Made by a program: the position numbers and the translations under genes. Below are positions 40,685-43,782 of a stretch of DNA of 43,782 nt, in pieces (position 1 is the first letter of the stretch; every line of letters begins with the position of its first letter). Source of the DNA: Clostridia bacterium (GTDB lineage: Bacteria; Bacillota; Clostridia; Oscillospirales; SIG627). The notes under the pieces are model-generated. The model worked only from the letters and a program-made list of their open reading frames with translations. It was not told the origin of the DNA and made no database searches. Where the stretch lies: positions 1 through 43,782 of the forward strand of contig JAFYTG010000196.1 in NCBI GenBank assembly GCA_017558945.1, in the 5' to 3' direction.

Positions 40685-42163
40685 ATGAAAAGAATTTTAT
40701 GTATGCTTCTGGCACTTTTAATGCTTGTGTCGAGCATGACTCTTCTCTTCTCCTGCAAAAAGGACGATGAAAAGAAGCCCGACGGTTCAGGCAACGAGGG
40801 CGGCGCAGTAGTTGACGACGGCTCAATCTTCTATGAAAGAAGCCTCGTTTCCGATGACCTTCCCGAGATTAATTACGGCGGACGCGACTTCCGTGTCGTA
40901 ACTCACATCGAAAGTGAAGTAATCATCAAGGAAGAGGACAGAAATCAGGGAAATCTTATCAAGGATGCAATGTTTTCCCGTAACCAAGCAGTTGAAAACC
41001 GCTTCGGTGTAAACGTAAAGGTAGTATACTCAGGTACTTATTCCGAGGTTACCAGCTACGTTTCCAAGACAGTTCTTGCCGGCTCCGATGAATTTGACCT
41101 CCTTCTCGGTATGGCGGTTGACACGGGTAAGCTCGTTACAAAGAAGCTCTTCCTCAACTGGTATGACATTGAGCATATTAACTTCGACAAGCCCTGGTGG
41201 GCAAGAGCAAACGCTACCGACCTTACCGTAAACGGCAAGTGTCCCATCGCAGTTTCCGACCTCAACTATTCGTCAATTTCCTCCACCTACTGTATGATTT
41301 TCAACAAGAATCTTGCAACCTCCTACGAGCTTGGCGACATTTACGGCACTGTGCTTGACGGCAAGTGGACCTTTGACAAGCTTCAGGAAATGGTTAAGGA
41401 CGTTTACGTTGACGACGGTAACGACAAGCGCGACGAGAATGACTTCTACGGTCTCTCCCACGCTAACGGTTCCTGCGTTAACACTTACCTCTGGTCATTT
41501 GACAACCCCGTATGCGCAAAGGACGAGGAGGGTATTCCTCAGATTGCCATCAAGACCGACAAGATCGACTCCATCGTTACCGACATTTACGATATGTTCT
41601 ACAACACCGACGGTGTATATTTTGACGGAGACAAGATAAACGAGCAATCCATTGCAGGCTCCCTCTTCTACGGAAAGCGTGCAATATTCACCACCTCCTC
41701 GCTCGGTGCTCCCACGGGTGAAAAGCTCCGTGACTTCGAGGATGAATACGGTATCATCCCTTATCCCAAGTATGATGAAAATCAGGCTGAATACAAGACT
41801 ATGGCGGACGGCTATCACACCGTACTCGCAGTGCCCAAGACCGTAAAGGATACCGAGTTCGTAGGTATCATCACCGAGGCTCTTTCGGCAGAAAGCTGGA
41901 AGACCGTAACTCCCACTCTCTATGAGATTGCGCTCAAGACCAGATACCTCCGTGACTCCGAGTCCAAGGAAATTATGGACCTTATCATCGACGGACGTAC
42001 CTTCGACTTTGGCTACATCTTCGACGGATGGCAGGGCTTCTCCTTTATGCTTCAGAAGATGATGGGTAGCGGCAACTCCAACTTCGAGTCCTACTACAAC
42101 ACCCGCTTCAAGTCCGCAAGACTTCACTACAAGACCATAGTTAAGGCGTTTGACAAGCTTTAA
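40685..42163 (+). CDS. Extracellular solute-binding lipoprotein (ABC transporter SBP-like), copy 1
   Basis: Signal peptide with lipobox LLFSCKK. About 490 aa. Follows a glycoside hydrolase gene. Confidence 0.65.
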   Translation: MKRILCMLLALLMLVSSMTLLFSCKKDDEKKPDGSGNEGGAVVDDGSIFYERSLVSDDLPEINYGGRDFRVVTHIESEVIIKEEDRNQGNLIKDAMFSRNQAVENRFGVNVKVVYSGTYSEVTSYVSKTVLAGSDEFDLLLGMAVDTGKLVTKKLFLNWYDIEHINFDKPWWARANATDLTVNGKCPIAVSDLNYSSISSTYCMIFNKNLATSYELGDIYGTVLDGKWTFDKLQEMVKDVYVDDGNDKRDENDFYGLSHANGSCVNTYLWSFDNPVCAKDEEGIPQIAIKTDKIDSIVTDIYDMFYNTDGVYFDGDKINEQSIAGSLFYGKRAIFTTSSLGAPTGEKLRDFEDEYGIIPYPKYDENQAEYKTMADGYHTVLAVPKTVKDTEFVGIITEALSAESWKTVTPTLYEIALKTRYLRDSESKEIMDLIIDGRTFDFGYIFDGWQGFSFMLQKMMGSGNSNFESYYNTRFKSARLHYKTIVKAFDKL

Positions 42164-42169
42164 AATTGC

Positions 42170-42198
42170 AAAAAAAGAGGCTGAAAAGCCTCTTTTTT
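42170..42198. terminator. Terminator between the SBP paralogs (part of the longer palindrome 42163-42210)
   Basis: agaggc-tgaaaa-gcctct with flanking A6/T6, extended by attgcaa/ttgcaat. Confidence 0.75.
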
Positions 42199-42199
42199 G

Positions 42200-42228
42200 T
42201 TGCAATTTTTAAAGAAGTGTGCTAAAAT
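42200..42228 (+). promoter_or_regulatory. Promoter TTGCAA-17-TGcTAAAAT for SBP copy 2
   Basis: -35 at 42200-42205 and -10 at 42223-42228. Confidence 0.5.
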
Positions 42229-42257
42229 GAAAATAGATAAAAAAGGAGTAAAATGCT

Positions 42258-43730
42258 ATGAAAAGAATTTTATGTATGCTTATGGCACTTTTGATGCTTG
42301 TATCGAGCATGACTCTTCTCTTCTCCTGCAAAAAAGAAGAGGAAAACGAGAGCAAGACCGAGCAAGGCGGTCAGGCTGTTGACGACGGCTCCATCTTCTA
42401 TGAGAGAAGCCTCGTATCCGACAACCTTCCCGAGAAGGATTACGGCGGACGAAAATTCCGTATAGTCACTCACATCAAGGACGAGGTCGAGGTAAAGGAA
42501 GAGGACAGAAATCAGGGCAAGCTTCTCGTTGACGCAAAGTTTGCAAGAAATCAAGCGGTAGAAAACCGCTTCAACGTAGAGCTTGAGGTCGTTTATTCGG
42601 CAACCTATCTTGAGGTTGGCGACTACGTTTCAAAGACCGTGCTTTCGGGCAGTGACGAATTTGACCTTCTCCTCGGTATGTCCATCAACACGGGCAGTAT
42701 GGTTACCAAAAAGCTCTTTCTCAACTGGTACGATATAGAGCACGTCGATTTTTCAAAGCCCTGGTGGGCAGATTCAACAGTAAACGAGCTGACGGTTGCC
42801 GATAAGTGTCCCATTGCAATTTCCGACCTCAATTTTACGGCAATCACCTCTACCTACTGTATGCTCTTCAACAAGGACCTCGCAGCCTCCTACGAGCTTG
42901 GAAACATTTACAAGCTTGTTCTTGACGGAAAGTGGACCTTCGATAAGCTTCAGGAAATGGTCAAGGATATCTACGTTGACGACGGAAACGATATTCGTGA
43001 CGAAAACGACTTTTACGGCTTCTATCACGACCACGGCTCCTGCCTCAACACTTATCTCTGGTCATTTGACAACCCCATCTGCAAAAAGGATGCCGATGGC
43101 ATTCCTCAAATCGTTGTCAAGACCGACAAGATAGACTCCATCGTTTCGGGGCTTTATGATTTTTTGAATAACACTAACGGCGTTTACTACAACACTCAGT
43201 ATTATAACGAAAAGGGCATATCCTACAAGCGCTTCCTTGAAAGAAAGAGTATATTCTGCACCTCGGGACTCAGCTCTCCGACGGGCGAAGGACTCCGTGA
43301 CTTTGAGGACGATTACGGCATACTTCCCTATCCGAAGTACGACGAGAGTCAGGAAAAATATATGACGATGGCTGACGGCATCCATACGGTGCTTGCAGTA
43401 CCCAAGACCGTCAAGGACACCGAGTTCGTCGGAATCATCACCGAGGCTCTTTCGGCGGAAACCTGGAAGACGGTAACCCCCACTCTCTATGAGATTGCAC
43501 TCAAGACAAGATACCTCCGCGACTCCGAATCAAAGGAGGTTATGGACCTTGTAATCGACGGCAGAGCCTTCGACTTCGGCTACGTATACGGAGGCTCGCA
43601 GGGCTTCACCTTTATGCTTCAGTCTATGATGGCAGACGGCAAATCCAACTTCTCCTCCTACTACGATTCCCGCTATAAGATGGCTCGTACGCAATATAAG
43701 AGCATCGTAAAGGCATTCGAAAAAATATAA
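42258..43730 (+). CDS. Extracellular solute-binding lipoprotein, copy 2 (tandem paralog)
   Basis: Collinear with copy 1 and highly similar. RBS and signal peptide are nearly identical. Confidence 0.65.
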   Translation: MKRILCMLMALLMLVSSMTLLFSCKKEEENESKTEQGGQAVDDGSIFYERSLVSDNLPEKDYGGRKFRIVTHIKDEVEVKEEDRNQGKLLVDAKFARNQAVENRFNVELEVVYSATYLEVGDYVSKTVLSGSDEFDLLLGMSINTGSMVTKKLFLNWYDIEHVDFSKPWWADSTVNELTVADKCPIAISDLNFTAITSTYCMLFNKDLAASYELGNIYKLVLDGKWTFDKLQEMVKDIYVDDGNDIRDENDFYGFYHDHGSCLNTYLWSFDNPICKKDADGIPQIVVKTDKIDSIVSGLYDFLNNTNGVYYNTQYYNEKGISYKRFLERKSIFCTSGLSSPTGEGLRDFEDDYGILPYPKYDESQEKYMTMADGIHTVLAVPKTVKDTEFVGIITEALSAETWKTVTPTLYEIALKTRYLRDSESKEVMDLVIDGRAFDFGYVYGGSQGFTFMLQSMMADGKSNFSSYYDSRYKMARTQYKSIVKAFEKI

Positions 43731-43782
43731 AGACTTGAGGCTGTAAAAATGATATAATCCCCTTAGAGTAGACACTTGAAAA

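Noticed and set aside
1-43782. CRISPR arrays, diversity-generating retroelements, retrons, transposase/IS elements
   Set aside because: No regularly spaced repeat array, reverse transcriptase-like ORF or transposase-like ORF was seen on either strand. The only mobile-element enzyme besides Rep is the prophage integrase.

Overview
The window holds about 35 kb of temperate prophage followed by about 8.7 kb of host chromosome. The prophage sits in the 3' end of a tRNA-His(GTG) gene. It is bounded by an exact 26-bp att core at 28-53 and 35048-35073. Ribosome-binding sites, an XhlA/holin/amidase lysis cassette and an SLH-like endolysin tail point to a Firmicutes/Clostridia-type host. Nearly all phage genes are on the minus strand. 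From right to left the layout is: tyrosine integrase; an accessory island (DUF2442, then a DUF4160-DUF2442-XRE cassette); a divergent CI-like/Cro-like switch; a long early operon of small, often Cys-rich proteins; an HUH rolling-circle Rep; terS/terL/portal/scaffold/capsid; a short tail module with no tape measure, tube or sheath; the lysis cassette; a 459-aa gene; a 2556-aa giant gene; and an AT-rich left-end island (small membrane peptides, HNH-like nuclease, two XRE regulators). The most unusual item is the 2556-aa ORF, which reads as a polyvalent, probably virion-delivered, multi-domain protein. Other notable items are a candidate type I toxin-antitoxin-like peptide/antisense arrangement, a promoter-plus-terminator antisense sRNA candidate, a repeat-flanked DUF4160-DUF2442-HTH cassette, an in-frame TAG split gene, and a gene split at an A7 run. 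Host genes are an XRE regulator, an FAD oxidoreductase, an AlkD-like protein, an acyltransferase, a GH51 arabinofuranosidase and two tandem paralogous solute-binding lipoproteins. All family calls rest on motif recognition by eye; no database search was run.
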